64,000 bases of DNA from Candidatus Entotheonellaceae bacterium (GTDB lineage: Bacteria; Tectomicrobia; Entotheonellia; Entotheonellales; Entotheonellaceae), in NCBI GenBank assembly GCA_965238075.1, contig OZ250173.1, positions 2,272,001 through 2,336,000 on the forward strand. Direction: 5' to 3'. The notes under the pieces are model-generated. The model had not been told where the DNA came from. It did not search any database and saw only the letters and a list, made by a program, of their open reading frames with translations. The position numbers and the translations under genes are program-made. Numbering within the stretch: the first letter of the stretch is position 1; the number at the start of each line of letters is the position of its first letter. Below are positions 9,023-18,855 of the stretch, in pieces.

Positions 9023-10024
9023 CTAGCCTCGGCTTGGCGAGTCGTCCGGTGCCCCAGCGCCGGACGACTCGGGCGTTCCCGACGACGCGATCAATTCCAC
9101 CCCGTGGGGCGCACAGCGTTTGATCAGCTCGGCGAACGCCCGCACCATCTCCATGCGGGGAAAGCCTCGCCGCGCGGCCAGGCCAATCGTGCGGTAGGGG
9201 ACCGGAGCCGCGAAGGAGCGCAGTTCGATCAGCTCCTTGCTAGCAAGCTTTGTGCTGGCCAGCTTTGTCCCGCCCACCCCGGCGGCGTTGGCGGCCAACG
9301 CCGGCAGGAGCGTGCAGCCCACGCCGGCCGCCACCATCTGCCGCAGCGTCTCCAGGCTGCTGGCGCGGAAATCTTCGGCGCCGCGCGGTTGCGGCAAGCC
9401 GCAGACCGCCAGGGCCTGGTCGCGCAGGCAATGCCCGTCTTCGAGCAACAACAGCGGTACACCCACCAGATCCGTTTCCATCACCTCCGACTTGCCGGCC
9501 AGCGGGCTGTCCTTTGGCAGCGCCATCACGAACGGTTCCCGGAACAGCTCGATGAGTTCCAGCCCGTCGGTCTGAATGGGCAACGCCAACAGGATCGCGT
9601 CCAGCAATCCGGTGCGCAGCCGCTCGATCAGATTGGCGGTCAGATCCTCTCTCAGATACAAGCTCAGGTCTGGATAATCCGTGCGCAGCTGGGGCACGAG
9701 ATGGGGCAGGAGATAAGGTCCCAAGGTGGGGATGACGCCGAGCCGCAGCGGCCCGGCCATCGGGTCGAGGGCCTGGTGCGCCATTTGGCGAAGCTTCTCC
9801 GCTTCCTCTAACACGATCCGCGCCTGCGCAATCAACTCAACACCCGCTGATGTCGGCATGACGCGCTTGTTGGTGCGCTCGAACAGGGCGAGGCCCAACT
9901 CCTCTTCGAGCTTCTTGATCTGCGTGCTCAACGTCGGCTGGCTGACGTGGCAGGCTTCCGCGGCGCGCGCGAAATTTCGGGTCTCCGCCAGCGTCACGAC
10001 GTAACGCAAGTCCTGCAATGTCAT
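9023..10024 (-). CDS. oxyR: H2O2-sensing LysR regulator OxyR
   Basis: LysR HTH (VSQPTLSTQIKKLE), GVIPTLGPYLLP, EDGHCLRDQALAVC with both redox Cys, SLETLRQMVAAG; AAGGAG RBS. Confidence 0.93.
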   Translation of the reverse strand: MTLQDLRYVVTLAETRNFARAAEACHVSQPTLSTQIKKLEEELGLALFERTNKRVMPTSAGVELIAQARIVLEEAEKLRQMAHQALDPMAGPLRLGVIPTLGPYLLPHLVPQLRTDYPDLSLYLREDLTANLIERLRTGLLDAILLALPIQTDGLELIELFREPFVMALPKDSPLAGKSEVMETDLVGVPLLLLEDGHCLRDQALAVCGLPQPRGAEDFRASSLETLRQMVAAGVGCTLLPALAANAAGVGGTKLASTKLASKELIELRSFAAPVPYRTIGLAARRGFPRMEMVRAFAELIKRCAPHGVELIASSGTPESSGAGAPDDSPSRG

Positions 10025-10094
10025 TGCCATCTCCTTTTGCGTAGGTCGGATTAGAGAATTTTCGGTTCTGAATGAACCAACCAACGCCCAAAGT

Positions 10095-10193
10095 GTCATT
10101 CCGGTCTTGACCCGGAATCCAGTGACCCTGGAACAGTCCGGGCCAGTTTTTTATCCCAGACGAACTTCTGGACTCCGGCTTTCGCCGGAGTGA
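10095..10193. repeat. CGTC-type REP doublet
   Basis: GTCATTCCGGTCTTGACCCGGAATCCAG ... CTGGACTCCGGCTTTCGCCGGAGTGA in inverted orientation. Confidence 0.85.
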
Positions 10194-10250
10194 TCTTGAG
10201 CCGTTATGATCCGAAGGAGCTCTAATCCGGCCTACTTTCCATCAATCCCG

Positions 10251-12011
10251 TTACCTCCCAACAACTCCCCCATCAGGCGCCAGCTCCTGCGTCCGGAATT
10301 GCAGGTCGTACAGGCGGCGGTAGGGGCCGGACGCGGCGAGGAGGTCGTCGTGGCAGCCGCGTTCGACGATGCGGCCCTCGTGGAGGACGACGATGAGGTC
10401 GGCGTGGCGAACGGTGGAGAGGCGATGGGCGATGATAAAGGTGGTGCGGTCCTTCATGAGGTTTTCGAGGGCGTGTTGCACCATGCGTTCAGCGGCGCTG
10501 TCGAGGGCGGAGGTGGCCTCGTCGAGGATGAGGATCGGGGCGTTGCGCAGCAGGGCGCGGGCGATGGCCAGGCGTTGTTTTTCGCCGCCGGAGAACTTGA
10601 CGCCGCGTTCACCGATCTTCGTGTCGTAGCCGTCCGGCAGTTGCGTTACGAAGTCGTGCGCGTAGGCCGCGTGGGCGGCTGCGATGACTTGCTCATCGTC
10701 GGCCTGCGGGTCGCCGTACAGAATGTTGCGCCGCACGGTGTCGTCGAACAGGATGACATCCTGCGAGACGACGCCAATCTGTGACCGCAGCGACGCCAGG
10801 GACACCTCCCGGATATCCCGCCCGTCAATGGTGATGCAGCCGCTCTCCGGCTCGTAAAAACGCGGGATCAGGTGCACCAGCGACGTCTTGCCGCCGCCGC
10901 TTGTGCCGACTAGTGCCACGACGCTGCCTACCGGCACCTCCAGCGACACGTTGTCGAGCGCCAGGGCCGCGTTGGGTTCGTAGCGCATCGACACGTTGTT
11001 GAACGCCAGCCCGTGCCGGATCGACGTCAGCGCCGGCGTGCCGTTTTCTTCCACCGCCTCGCCCGGCGCGTCCAGCAGGCCGAAGACCCGCCCCGCCGCG
11101 GCCAGGGCGTTCTGGATGGTGCTGTTGATCCGGCTCAATCGCCGCACCGGCTCGTAAATCATGAAGATAGCCGTCAGGAACGAGAAGAACGTGCCCGGCG
11201 TCGTCGTGCCGGCGATGACCTGCGAGCCGCCGTACCAGACCACCGCCGCGACCCCCACCGCGGCCAGGAACTCCATGATCGGCGAGCGCATCTCGTCGGT
11301 GCGCACCGACCGCAACATGACATTGTAGTACGCCTCGTTGCCGTGCCGGAAGCGCGCGTTTTCGTAGCCCTCGCGCCCGAAGCCCTTGACCACCCGGATG
11401 TTGCCCAACACCTCCGCCACCAGCGCGTTCAGGGCGCCGAGGTGCTCCTGCGCCCGCCGGCTCAGCCGCCGCAGGGCGCGCCCGAGTTGCACGATGCACA
11501 GGCAGGCGAACGGCAGCACCAGCAAGGCCCACGTCGCCAGCACCCAGTCGCGGTAGAGGGCCACGCCGATCAGCGCCAGCAGCGTCAGGCCCTGCCGCAG
11601 ACCCGTGGACACCGCATCGGTGACGGCGCGCTCGATCAGCGTGACGTCGTGCATGATCTGCGACATCAGCACCCCGGTATGCTGGCGATTGAAATACGTC
11701 ATCGGCAGCCCCTGCAGGTGCGCAAACATCTGCTGCCGCAGGTCGCGGATGACCCGCTGCCCGACCGACCGCATCAGGTACGCCTGCCCGTACAGCAGAA
11801 AGCCCCGCGCGATGTACAGCAACATCACCAGCAGCGGAAAGAACGCCAGCCGTGTGGTATCGCGCGCCACGAAAATCTCGTCCAGAATCGGCTTCACCAG
11901 CAGCGCCGCGTAACCCGTTGTGCCCGACACGGCCACACTGCACAGGATGGCCGCCATCAGCCGGTGCCGATACGGATAAACGTATGACAAAAGGCGTCGG
12001 TACAGGGTCAT
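10251..12011 (-). CDS. msbA: MsbA-like lipid A ABC exporter
   Basis: N-terminal TM domain plus GTSGGGKT, FSGGEKQR, LILDEATSALD, IAHRLST; adjacent to lptD. Confidence 0.85.
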   Translation of the reverse strand: MTLYRRLLSYVYPYRHRLMAAILCSVAVSGTTGYAALLVKPILDEIFVARDTTRLAFFPLLVMLLYIARGFLLYGQAYLMRSVGQRVIRDLRQQMFAHLQGLPMTYFNRQHTGVLMSQIMHDVTLIERAVTDAVSTGLRQGLTLLALIGVALYRDWVLATWALLVLPFACLCIVQLGRALRRLSRRAQEHLGALNALVAEVLGNIRVVKGFGREGYENARFRHGNEAYYNVMLRSVRTDEMRSPIMEFLAAVGVAAVVWYGGSQVIAGTTTPGTFFSFLTAIFMIYEPVRRLSRINSTIQNALAAAGRVFGLLDAPGEAVEENGTPALTSIRHGLAFNNVSMRYEPNAALALDNVSLEVPVGSVVALVGTSGGGKTSLVHLIPRFYEPESGCITIDGRDIREVSLASLRSQIGVVSQDVILFDDTVRRNILYGDPQADDEQVIAAAHAAYAHDFVTQLPDGYDTKIGERGVKFSGGEKQRLAIARALLRNAPILILDEATSALDSAAERMVQHALENLMKDRTTFIIAHRLSTVRHADLIVVLHEGRIVERGCHDDLLAASGPYRRLYDLQFRTQELAPDGGVVGR

Positions 12012-12027
12012 CAATCAGCCCGTCCAT

Positions 12028-14118
12028 TCAGAAATACAAGAGATTCGCTTCCACCAGGAACGTCCGGTCGCCATTGTGGCGCAGGCGCAGGCTACCATTG
12101 ATGCTCCAGCACTGAGCCTGGTAGAGCAGGGTGGTGACGTGGTCACGGAACTGGCCCCGTGAGCCGTTGTAGCGGGTGTTGTAACCCATTTTGAGCCCCT
12201 TGAACACCGACACGCTGATGCCGCCGATGACGTAGAGCACCTTCGGGTTCCGACGGTAGTTGCTATGCAGGAAGAGCGATCTGCCGTGCGGCAGGTTGAC
12301 GGCGATCCGCCAGTTGGCCGTTTGCAATTCGCCCGTCTGCGGTGCCACGCGCAGCACCGATTCCAGCGACCAGAACCGCCACAGACGCACGCCCACGTCG
12401 ATGTCCAGTGGTCCCATCTCCCCTGCATGTTCACCAGGATTACCGTCTCCGACATGAAAACCCTGCACGATGATCAGATGGGCCGCCTCGCGTATCTGCC
12501 CCGCTCCGTTGCGGGCAAAAAAGCGGTTGGACAGCCGTAGCTTGACGTAGTTTGCCGGGCCGATGCGGTCCAGCAGGGTCAGTGTTTCCAGTGGATCGAG
12601 AACGTGCTCGTTGGCGTCGAGGGTTTCGTAAGCCGGCAAGTCGTCTTGATCCACCTCGGGAACGTACCGGTAATCCAGCCCCGTTGCCAACAGGTGGATC
12701 AAGGCGCCGCCGCTGCGCGTGTAGCGCCGCTGCCAGGCGGGTCCTTCCACCGCGGCGCGCACGTCGACAACGGTCCGGGACGCCTCGCCCTCCGCCATTC
12801 CCTCGCGCTGGTAATACGTCTGCCGCAGCCCGGCGCTGCCGGTGATCTGCAGCCACGGCGCCACCCGCAGCGGCACGCTGAGTTGCGGAAATAGGTCGAA
12901 ACGCTGCACGACCGCGTTGTCGCGTATGGTGGACGCCCGCATCCGGTCGGCCGCGGCGCTTACCGAGAAGTAGGCCCGTCCCAGCAGCGGGGTCAGAAAC
13001 TGCTCCAGGTGCAGGCTCGGCAGGCGTGCGAACGTCTCGTCGCTGCCGCTGTCCGGGATACCCTCGAAGGCGTCCGCCTGCAGCGTCACGCGGCTGTTGG
13101 CGAAGCGCTTGCTGAGGCTGGCGAACGACGCGGTATGCGTCGTGGATTCTTGCTGAATGTTACGCGCAAAGCGCCGCTGAATGTCGCGCTCACTGCGCAA
13201 GTCAAGCTGCGTGACGCCGTTGATGCCCCAACCGAATGTCTGCCGCTGTTGCAGGAAGATTTGCCACAGGTCCTCGCCCGTTCTGCGGTCGTGAATGAAG
13301 CTGCTCTGCGCCTGCCCATCGGACTGCGGATCGAGGCTGTAGCGGTACTCCACGTACGGCCGGTAACCGCGCTCGCCAAAGTATTCGAGGCCAAACGTGC
13401 TGTCCATCCACTCCGTCATGGCCCAGAAAAACTCGCCCCTGACGACGGCCCCGTGGTTGCTGTCGCTGCCCAGATGCGGCGGCAGGAAGCCGGTGGTGCG
13501 CTCGTCCCGGTAGGGGAAGACGGCGTACGGCAGGTAGAACACCGGCACGCCCTTGATGCGAAAGGACGGGTGCTGCAGGGTCACGTAATTGCCCGCGCCG
13601 AGGCGGGCCTGCCGGGCGCGAAACTCCCAGGCGGGGACCCGCCCGGTGCACGTCGTGAGCCGACCGCGCCGTGCCACAAAGCGCTGCGGTCCGAGGCGTT
13701 CCAGACGCTCGCTGCTGACGCGATACGTGTTGCCGATGAGGCCGCTGGCGTCGTAAGCCAGGCCGCGCTCGTTGGTGAGATCGAAGTCCATCCGCGACGC
13801 CCGCAGCTGGTCCTCGGGGGTGGACAGCCGCACGTCGCCCGTGGCGGTGCCGACGCCGCTTTCCGTGTCCATTTCCAGGCGGTCGGCCAGCAGCAGCGTG
13901 TCGCCATAGACCACCGACACCTTGCCGGTCGCCTCCAGCCGGTTCTCGGCTTCAAAGTATTCCAGCTTCTGCGCCTGCAGGATGATTCCCGGGTCTTGTG
14001 TGCGGCCGGCGGGTGCCATGCACGGCTGCTCGGTAGGTGTCTGGCAATCAGCGGGGAGGAGACAGCACGTCAGCAACCAAAGCAGGGTTGCAACGGCGGA
14101 TAAACGGGGTTTTCTCAT
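12028..14118 (-). CDS. lptD: LPS-assembly outer membrane protein LptD
   Basis: Signal peptide, OstA-like N-domain, TTC..P.W, GVPVFYLPY..P....R.TGFLPP, C-terminal Y..QCWS and terminal Phe. Confidence 0.88.
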   Translation of the reverse strand: MRKPRLSAVATLLWLLTCCLLPADCQTPTEQPCMAPAGRTQDPGIILQAQKLEYFEAENRLEATGKVSVVYGDTLLLADRLEMDTESGVGTATGDVRLSTPEDQLRASRMDFDLTNERGLAYDASGLIGNTYRVSSERLERLGPQRFVARRGRLTTCTGRVPAWEFRARQARLGAGNYVTLQHPSFRIKGVPVFYLPYAVFPYRDERTTGFLPPHLGSDSNHGAVVRGEFFWAMTEWMDSTFGLEYFGERGYRPYVEYRYSLDPQSDGQAQSSFIHDRRTGEDLWQIFLQQRQTFGWGINGVTQLDLRSERDIQRRFARNIQQESTTHTASFASLSKRFANSRVTLQADAFEGIPDSGSDETFARLPSLHLEQFLTPLLGRAYFSVSAAADRMRASTIRDNAVVQRFDLFPQLSVPLRVAPWLQITGSAGLRQTYYQREGMAEGEASRTVVDVRAAVEGPAWQRRYTRSGGALIHLLATGLDYRYVPEVDQDDLPAYETLDANEHVLDPLETLTLLDRIGPANYVKLRLSNRFFARNGAGQIREAAHLIIVQGFHVGDGNPGEHAGEMGPLDIDVGVRLWRFWSLESVLRVAPQTGELQTANWRIAVNLPHGRSLFLHSNYRRNPKVLYVIGGISVSVFKGLKMGYNTRYNGSRGQFRDHVTTLLYQAQCWSINGSLRLRHNGDRTFLVEANLLYF

Positions 14119-14492
14119 GACCCTTCTCGGAAGGCGTGGCGGCGGGAAGACGGCATCTGAAGCGGATACTATATACTATTAAGTGCTGATCAGCGCTTTC
14201 AGGCAAGGTAGAAACGTCGCCGATTGAATTCCATGAAGAATAGAGCATCCAGACCATATAGCCGAGGACTTGGCGAGGGAACCCAGGCGTTCGCTCAATG
14301 GCACTTGGCCGCTATCCGCCCTGATGTATCTTGCGCGTGTGTCCCACATCCATGTAAACATCGACGACGAAGCTTGTGCGGAGGACCGGCTGGCGACGAA
14401 GCGCGAGGCGATCAACTTCGCGTTGCGGTCCGGCCTACATTCTTTCCGCAATTTCCCCGCCATTCAGTTCCCAAAACCCATCGGAGAGAACC

Positions 14493-15359
14493 ATGCCAGT
14501 GCTCAGAAGCCTGCTGTTCGTTCCGGGCAACCGCGCCAACATGCTGCAAAAGGCGATGGGCAGCGCCCCGGACGCCTTCATTCCCGACCTGGAGGACTCC
14601 GTTCCCGCCGACGAGAAAACGCAGGCTCGCAACGTGACGGCGTCGTTTCTGCCGCAACTCGCCCAAGCCGGACCGCGGGTCATCCCGCGCGTCAATTCTC
14701 TGGATACCGGCCTGTTGGAGGAGGACTTGGCAGCGGTTGTCGGCCCACACGTTTATGGCGTTTCGGTGGGCAAAATTTCCACCCCTGCGGACGTGGCGGC
14801 GGTGGACGGCGTGTTGGAGAAGCTTGAAGCCAAGGCCGGTCTGCAGCGCGGCCACGTCAAGCTGGTGCCGTGGATCGAGACGGCGCTGGCCATCGTCAAG
14901 GCCTACGACATCTGCACGGCGTCGCCGCGCATCGTCGGGGTGGCGTTCGGGGCGGAGGACCTGACGCACGACATGGGCATCGAACGCAGCGAGGACGACG
15001 CCGAGGTGGCGTATTCGCGCAACGTCATGTGCGTAGCGGCACGGGCCGCCGGGGTGCTGGCGCTGGATACGCCGTACTTTGGTTTCCGCGATCCTGAAGG
15101 GCTGAAGCGCAACGCACAGGCTTCCCGCAAGATCGGCTTCAAGGGCAAGTTCGCCATTCATCCGGCGCAGGTGGACCTTATCAACGCCGCCTTTTCGCCC
15201 TCCGATGCCGAGGTAGCGCACGCCCGCCGCGTGGTGGCGGCTTTCGAGGAGGCCGAGCGGCAGGGCAGGGGATCAACGTCGCTGGACGGCCAGGTAGTGG
15301 ACGTGCCGGTGGTGAAGCGCGCCCGCGCCCTGCTGGAAGTGGCGGACAGCCTGAGGTGA
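14493..15359 (+). CDS. CitE/HpcH-family CoA-ester lyase
   Basis: RSLLFVPGNR, DLEDSVP, IETA, FGAEDL, GFKGKFAIHPAQ. Confidence 0.9.
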   Translation: MPVLRSLLFVPGNRANMLQKAMGSAPDAFIPDLEDSVPADEKTQARNVTASFLPQLAQAGPRVIPRVNSLDTGLLEEDLAAVVGPHVYGVSVGKISTPADVAAVDGVLEKLEAKAGLQRGHVKLVPWIETALAIVKAYDICTASPRIVGVAFGAEDLTHDMGIERSEDDAEVAYSRNVMCVAARAAGVLALDTPYFGFRDPEGLKRNAQASRKIGFKGKFAIHPAQVDLINAAFSPSDAEVAHARRVVAAFEEAERQGRGSTSLDGQVVDVPVVKRARALLEVADSLR

Positions 15360-15366
15360 GGGCGGC

Positions 15367-15825
15367 TTATTCGAAGCCCTTCTCGGCGAGCCTTTCCTGC
15401 ACGGCGCGGGCGAATTCCCGGCCCCAGATCTCACCGGCGGTCCGACTTTCGTGGTGCATCTGCGGCATGACGGCCAGCAGTTTGCGGCCGACCGGCGTTT
15501 CGTAGAACGCGATTAGATCCTCGATGTCCGCGTGCGTCAGGTGCTTGTCGTAAATCGGCACCAGCATTTCCATGACGAAGGCATCCACCTTCGTTTCCGC
15601 CTCGCTGATCATCTCCATCCACACCGCCTCGGGCACATCGCTGTGCGCGCGTTGGAACATGCCGATGACTTGGCTGAACACCCGCAGGCCGGTGTTGGAG
15701 GCGCCGGTGATGCCGAGCAGTCTCTTGATGTCGGCTTGCTTGGCTGTGGTTTCCTCCTGCCCGTAGACCGAGCCGAAGCCGAGTCCCAGCACCAGCGCCA
15801 GGACCACGAAATAGGAACGCTTCAT
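15367..15825 (-). CDS. Exported DUF2059 protein
   Basis: Signal peptide; IYDKHLT..DI..LIAFYETPVGRKL...P. Confidence 0.8.
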   Translation of the reverse strand: MKRSYFVVLALVLGLGFGSVYGQEETTAKQADIKRLLGITGASNTGLRVFSQVIGMFQRAHSDVPEAVWMEMISEAETKVDAFVMEMLVPIYDKHLTHADIEDLIAFYETPVGRKLLAVMPQMHHESRTAGEIWGREFARAVQERLAEKGFE

Positions 15826-16087
15826 GTAACCTTTCCCTTCTGAGCGCCGCGGCCCCCGCAGATCGGGGCGTAGGCGTTCGGTTTTGATTCGTACGCTGCA
15901 TCAACGGCGTCCTTCGCATGCCGGACGCCGCCACCCCTCCCAGTTGTGGGAACCGCCCGACCCTGCCTTGCATAAGGTATTGAAATCCATTGAGTTTGTA
16001 CACGCGCTTGTCAAGGGGCCATGGCCCAAAGTAGAATGCCCCGTTTGCTCGGCATCGTATCAGCCCTGACAGGGAGCATCAGGCTCT

Positions 16088-17332
16088 ATGGCTCACTTGG
16101 CAATCGCGGGTGGGACAGCGCTGCGACAGGCGCCTTTTCCAGCTTGGCCGGTCTGGGATCAAAGCGACGTGCAGGCGCTGCAGCGGGTGTTGCAAAGTGG
16201 CCGTTGGGACGCCCTCAAGGGCGAGGAAGTGAGTCACTTCGAGGCCGAATTCGCCGCCTACCAAGGCGCGGCGCACGGCGTGGCGGTGACCAACGGCACG
16301 GTTGCCCTCAAGCTGGCGCTTGTCGCCGCCGGGGTGGGGCCGGGCGACGAAGTGATCGTGCCGGGCTACACCTTTATCGCCACCGCCACCGCTGCCCTGG
16401 AACTTGGCGCCATTCCCATCTTTGCCGACGTCGATCCGCAGACCTACACCCTTGATCCCGACAGTGTGGCGGCGAATATCACCCCCCGCACGCGCGCCAT
16501 TGTGCCCGTACACCTCGGCGGTTGCCCGGCGGACATGGACGGCCTGCTGGCCCTGGCCCGGCGGCATGGGCTCGCCGTGGTGGAAGACGCGGCGCAAGCC
16601 TGGGGCGCCTCGTGGAAAGGCTGTCGCGTCGGCACCCTCGGGCAGTGTGGCATCGTCAGCTTTCACGCCTCGAAGAACCTCACCGCCGGCGAGGGCGGCA
16701 TGGTGCTTTGCAACGACCCCGACATCGCCGCGCTGGTCCGTTCGCTGAGCAATTGCGGCCGCCAGCCCGACGGACTGTGGTACGCCCACTACCTGCTGGG
16801 CGGCAACTACCGCCTCAGCGAGTTCCAGGGCGCTGTTCTGCGCAGCCAGTTGCAGCGCTATCCCGAGCAGTTCGCCCGTCGCCAGGCCAACGCCGCCTAC
16901 CTCACCGAGGCGCTGGCAGCCATTGACGGCGTCACCTCGCTTTCCGCCGACCCCCGCGTCACCGCCAACGCCTACCACATGTACTTCCTGAAATACGATA
17001 ACGAGCGCTTCGGCGGCATCGGCAAACTGCGCTTCATCGCCGCTATGCGGGCCGAGGGCATCACCGACGTGCACGCCGGGTACTCGTTGCCCGCTTACCG
17101 TCAGCCTGTTATGCTGGCCAAAAATTTCGGTCTGGCCAAACCGCCGTTTCTCAACGGGTCGCACGCGGCAGTGCCGGACTACGGCGCCGTGGCCTGCCCG
17201 GTCACGGAATACGCCTGTGACCACGAGGCGTTGTGGCTACGGCAGAACGTGCTGCTGGGTGAGCGGCGCGACATGGACGACATCGTGGCCGCGATGGACA
17301 AAATTCAACGCCATTTGGATGAAGTCCCGTAA
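16088..17332 (+). CDS. DegT/DnrJ/EryC1/StrS PLP-dependent aminotransferase
   Basis: NGTVAL, GDEVIVP.YTFIAT, EDAAQAWG, SFHASKNLTAGEGG. Confidence 0.92.
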   Translation: MAHLAIAGGTALRQAPFPAWPVWDQSDVQALQRVLQSGRWDALKGEEVSHFEAEFAAYQGAAHGVAVTNGTVALKLALVAAGVGPGDEVIVPGYTFIATATAALELGAIPIFADVDPQTYTLDPDSVAANITPRTRAIVPVHLGGCPADMDGLLALARRHGLAVVEDAAQAWGASWKGCRVGTLGQCGIVSFHASKNLTAGEGGMVLCNDPDIAALVRSLSNCGRQPDGLWYAHYLLGGNYRLSEFQGAVLRSQLQRYPEQFARRQANAAYLTEALAAIDGVTSLSADPRVTANAYHMYFLKYDNERFGGIGKLRFIAAMRAEGITDVHAGYSLPAYRQPVMLAKNFGLAKPPFLNGSHAAVPDYGAVACPVTEYACDHEALWLRQNVLLGERRDMDDIVAAMDKIQRHLDEVP

Positions 17333-17383
17333 CTGCTGCCGAATTACCGGCCCTACAGGCCGCGTAAATAACGAAAATGATAC

Positions 17384-17485
17384 CGTCACCCCGGCGAAAG
17401 CCGGGGTCCAGGGTTTTTGACGGACTATAAGCCTGCTCCGGGCTGGAACCAAGGTCGCTGGATTCCGGCATGTGCCGGAATGACG
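17384..17485. repeat. CGTC-type REP doublet
   Basis: CGTCACCCCGGCGAAAGCCGGGGTCCAG ... CTGGATTCCGGCATGTGCCGGAATGACG. Confidence 0.88.
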
Positions 17486-17555
17486 ATTTGGGGGCTTTTT
17501 GGATGTCTATTCTCCCAATAAGGGTGCTTATACCCGCACGGGCGGAGCGAGGCGC

Positions 17556-18845
17556 ATGCAGATCACACGCATCAAAGACTTGGCACCGGACGCTTACGAG
17601 CGGTTGATGCGGCGGGCGGGGGCGGACGTGCAGCGCGTCATGCCGCAGGTGCAGGAGATCATGGCGGACGTGCGCGAGCGCGGCGATGCGGCGCTGCGAG
17701 AATACGCCGCGCGGTTCGACGGCGCTGCCGTGGATGAGATACGCGTCAGTGACGACGAGATTGCCGAGGCCAAGCGCCAGGTGGCGCCGGAGTTGCTGGC
17801 CAGCCTGCACCAGGCCAGAGACAACCTCGAACGCTTCCACCGCCAGCAACTTCCTGCCGAAGACCTGCACGAGTTGCAACCCGGTGTGCGCACCGGGCGC
17901 ATGTGGCGGCCCATCGAAAGGGTCGGTCTCTACGCCCCCGGCGGCAAGGCCCTGTACCCCTCCACGGTGCTGATGCTCGGGGTGCCGGCCATGGTGGCGG
18001 GCTGCGAGCGGCGGGTGTTGTGCATGCCGCCACAGAAAGACGGCAGCCTGCCCGCGGTCATGCTGGTCGCCGCTGCCTGCGTCGGCATCCGGGATATCTT
18101 CAAAGTGGGCGGCGCCCAGGCCATCGCCGCCATGACCTTCGGCACCGAGAGCGTGCCGCAGGTCTACAAAGTGTTCGGCCCCGGCAGCGTGTACGTGGTG
18201 GCCGCCAAAATCTGCGCCGCCAGCAGCGGCCTGCCGATTGCCATCGACTGCCCCCCCGGCCCGTCGGAAGTGCTGATCATCGCCGATCATACCGCCCAGC
18301 CGGCCTTCGTGGCTGCCGACCTGTTGTCCCAGGCCGAGCACGGCGAGGACTCGGCGGCTATCCTGCTCACTCCCAGCGAACCCCTGGCCCAGGAGGTGCA
18401 GGCGGCTGTCGAGCGACAGATACCCGAGTTGCCCAAGGCCCGGCGCATCCAGGCGGCCATCGACCGGTACGGGATGATCCTCGTTGCCGCCGACTTGCAA
18501 GCCTGCACCGATTTCGCCAACGCCTACGCACCCGAGCACCTGGAAATCATGACCGAGGACCCGTGGGCCGTGAGCCGCGATGTCGTCAATGCCGGATCGG
18601 TATTTCTCGGCCACTACTCGCCCGTCGCCATGGGCGATTACCTGTCGGGAACCAATCACGTCATCCCGACGGGCGGCTACGCCCGCATGTTTTCGCCGCT
18701 GTCGGTCGACGAATTCATCAAAAAGGTGGAAGTACAGGAACTGACGCCGCAGGGCTTGCAGGCGCTGCAAGAGCCGCTGCGCGTCCTGACCGCCGCGGAA
18801 GGCTTTACCGCGCACCAGCGGGCGGTGGACGTCCGCTTTAGCTAG
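17556..18845 (+). CDS. hisD: Histidinol dehydrogenase
   Basis: VGLYAPGG..YPSTVLM, GGAQAIAAM..GT, GPSE, DLLSQAEH, APEHL, GDY.SGTNHV.PT. Confidence 0.92.
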   Translation: MQITRIKDLAPDAYERLMRRAGADVQRVMPQVQEIMADVRERGDAALREYAARFDGAAVDEIRVSDDEIAEAKRQVAPELLASLHQARDNLERFHRQQLPAEDLHELQPGVRTGRMWRPIERVGLYAPGGKALYPSTVLMLGVPAMVAGCERRVLCMPPQKDGSLPAVMLVAAACVGIRDIFKVGGAQAIAAMTFGTESVPQVYKVFGPGSVYVVAAKICAASSGLPIAIDCPPGPSEVLIIADHTAQPAFVAADLLSQAEHGEDSAAILLTPSEPLAQEVQAAVERQIPELPKARRIQAAIDRYGMILVAADLQACTDFANAYAPEHLEIMTEDPWAVSRDVVNAGSVFLGHYSPVAMGDYLSGTNHVIPTGGYARMFSPLSVDEFIKKVEVQELTPQGLQALQEPLRVLTAAEGFTAHQRAVDVRFS

Positions 18846-18855
18846 GAATCACGCC

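Noticed and set aside
14119-14492. Possible gene remnant or sRNA in the lptD-citE divergent gap
   Set aside because: Short ORFs lack recognisable motifs; only an imperfect palindrome (AAGTGCTGATCAGCGCTT) was seen.
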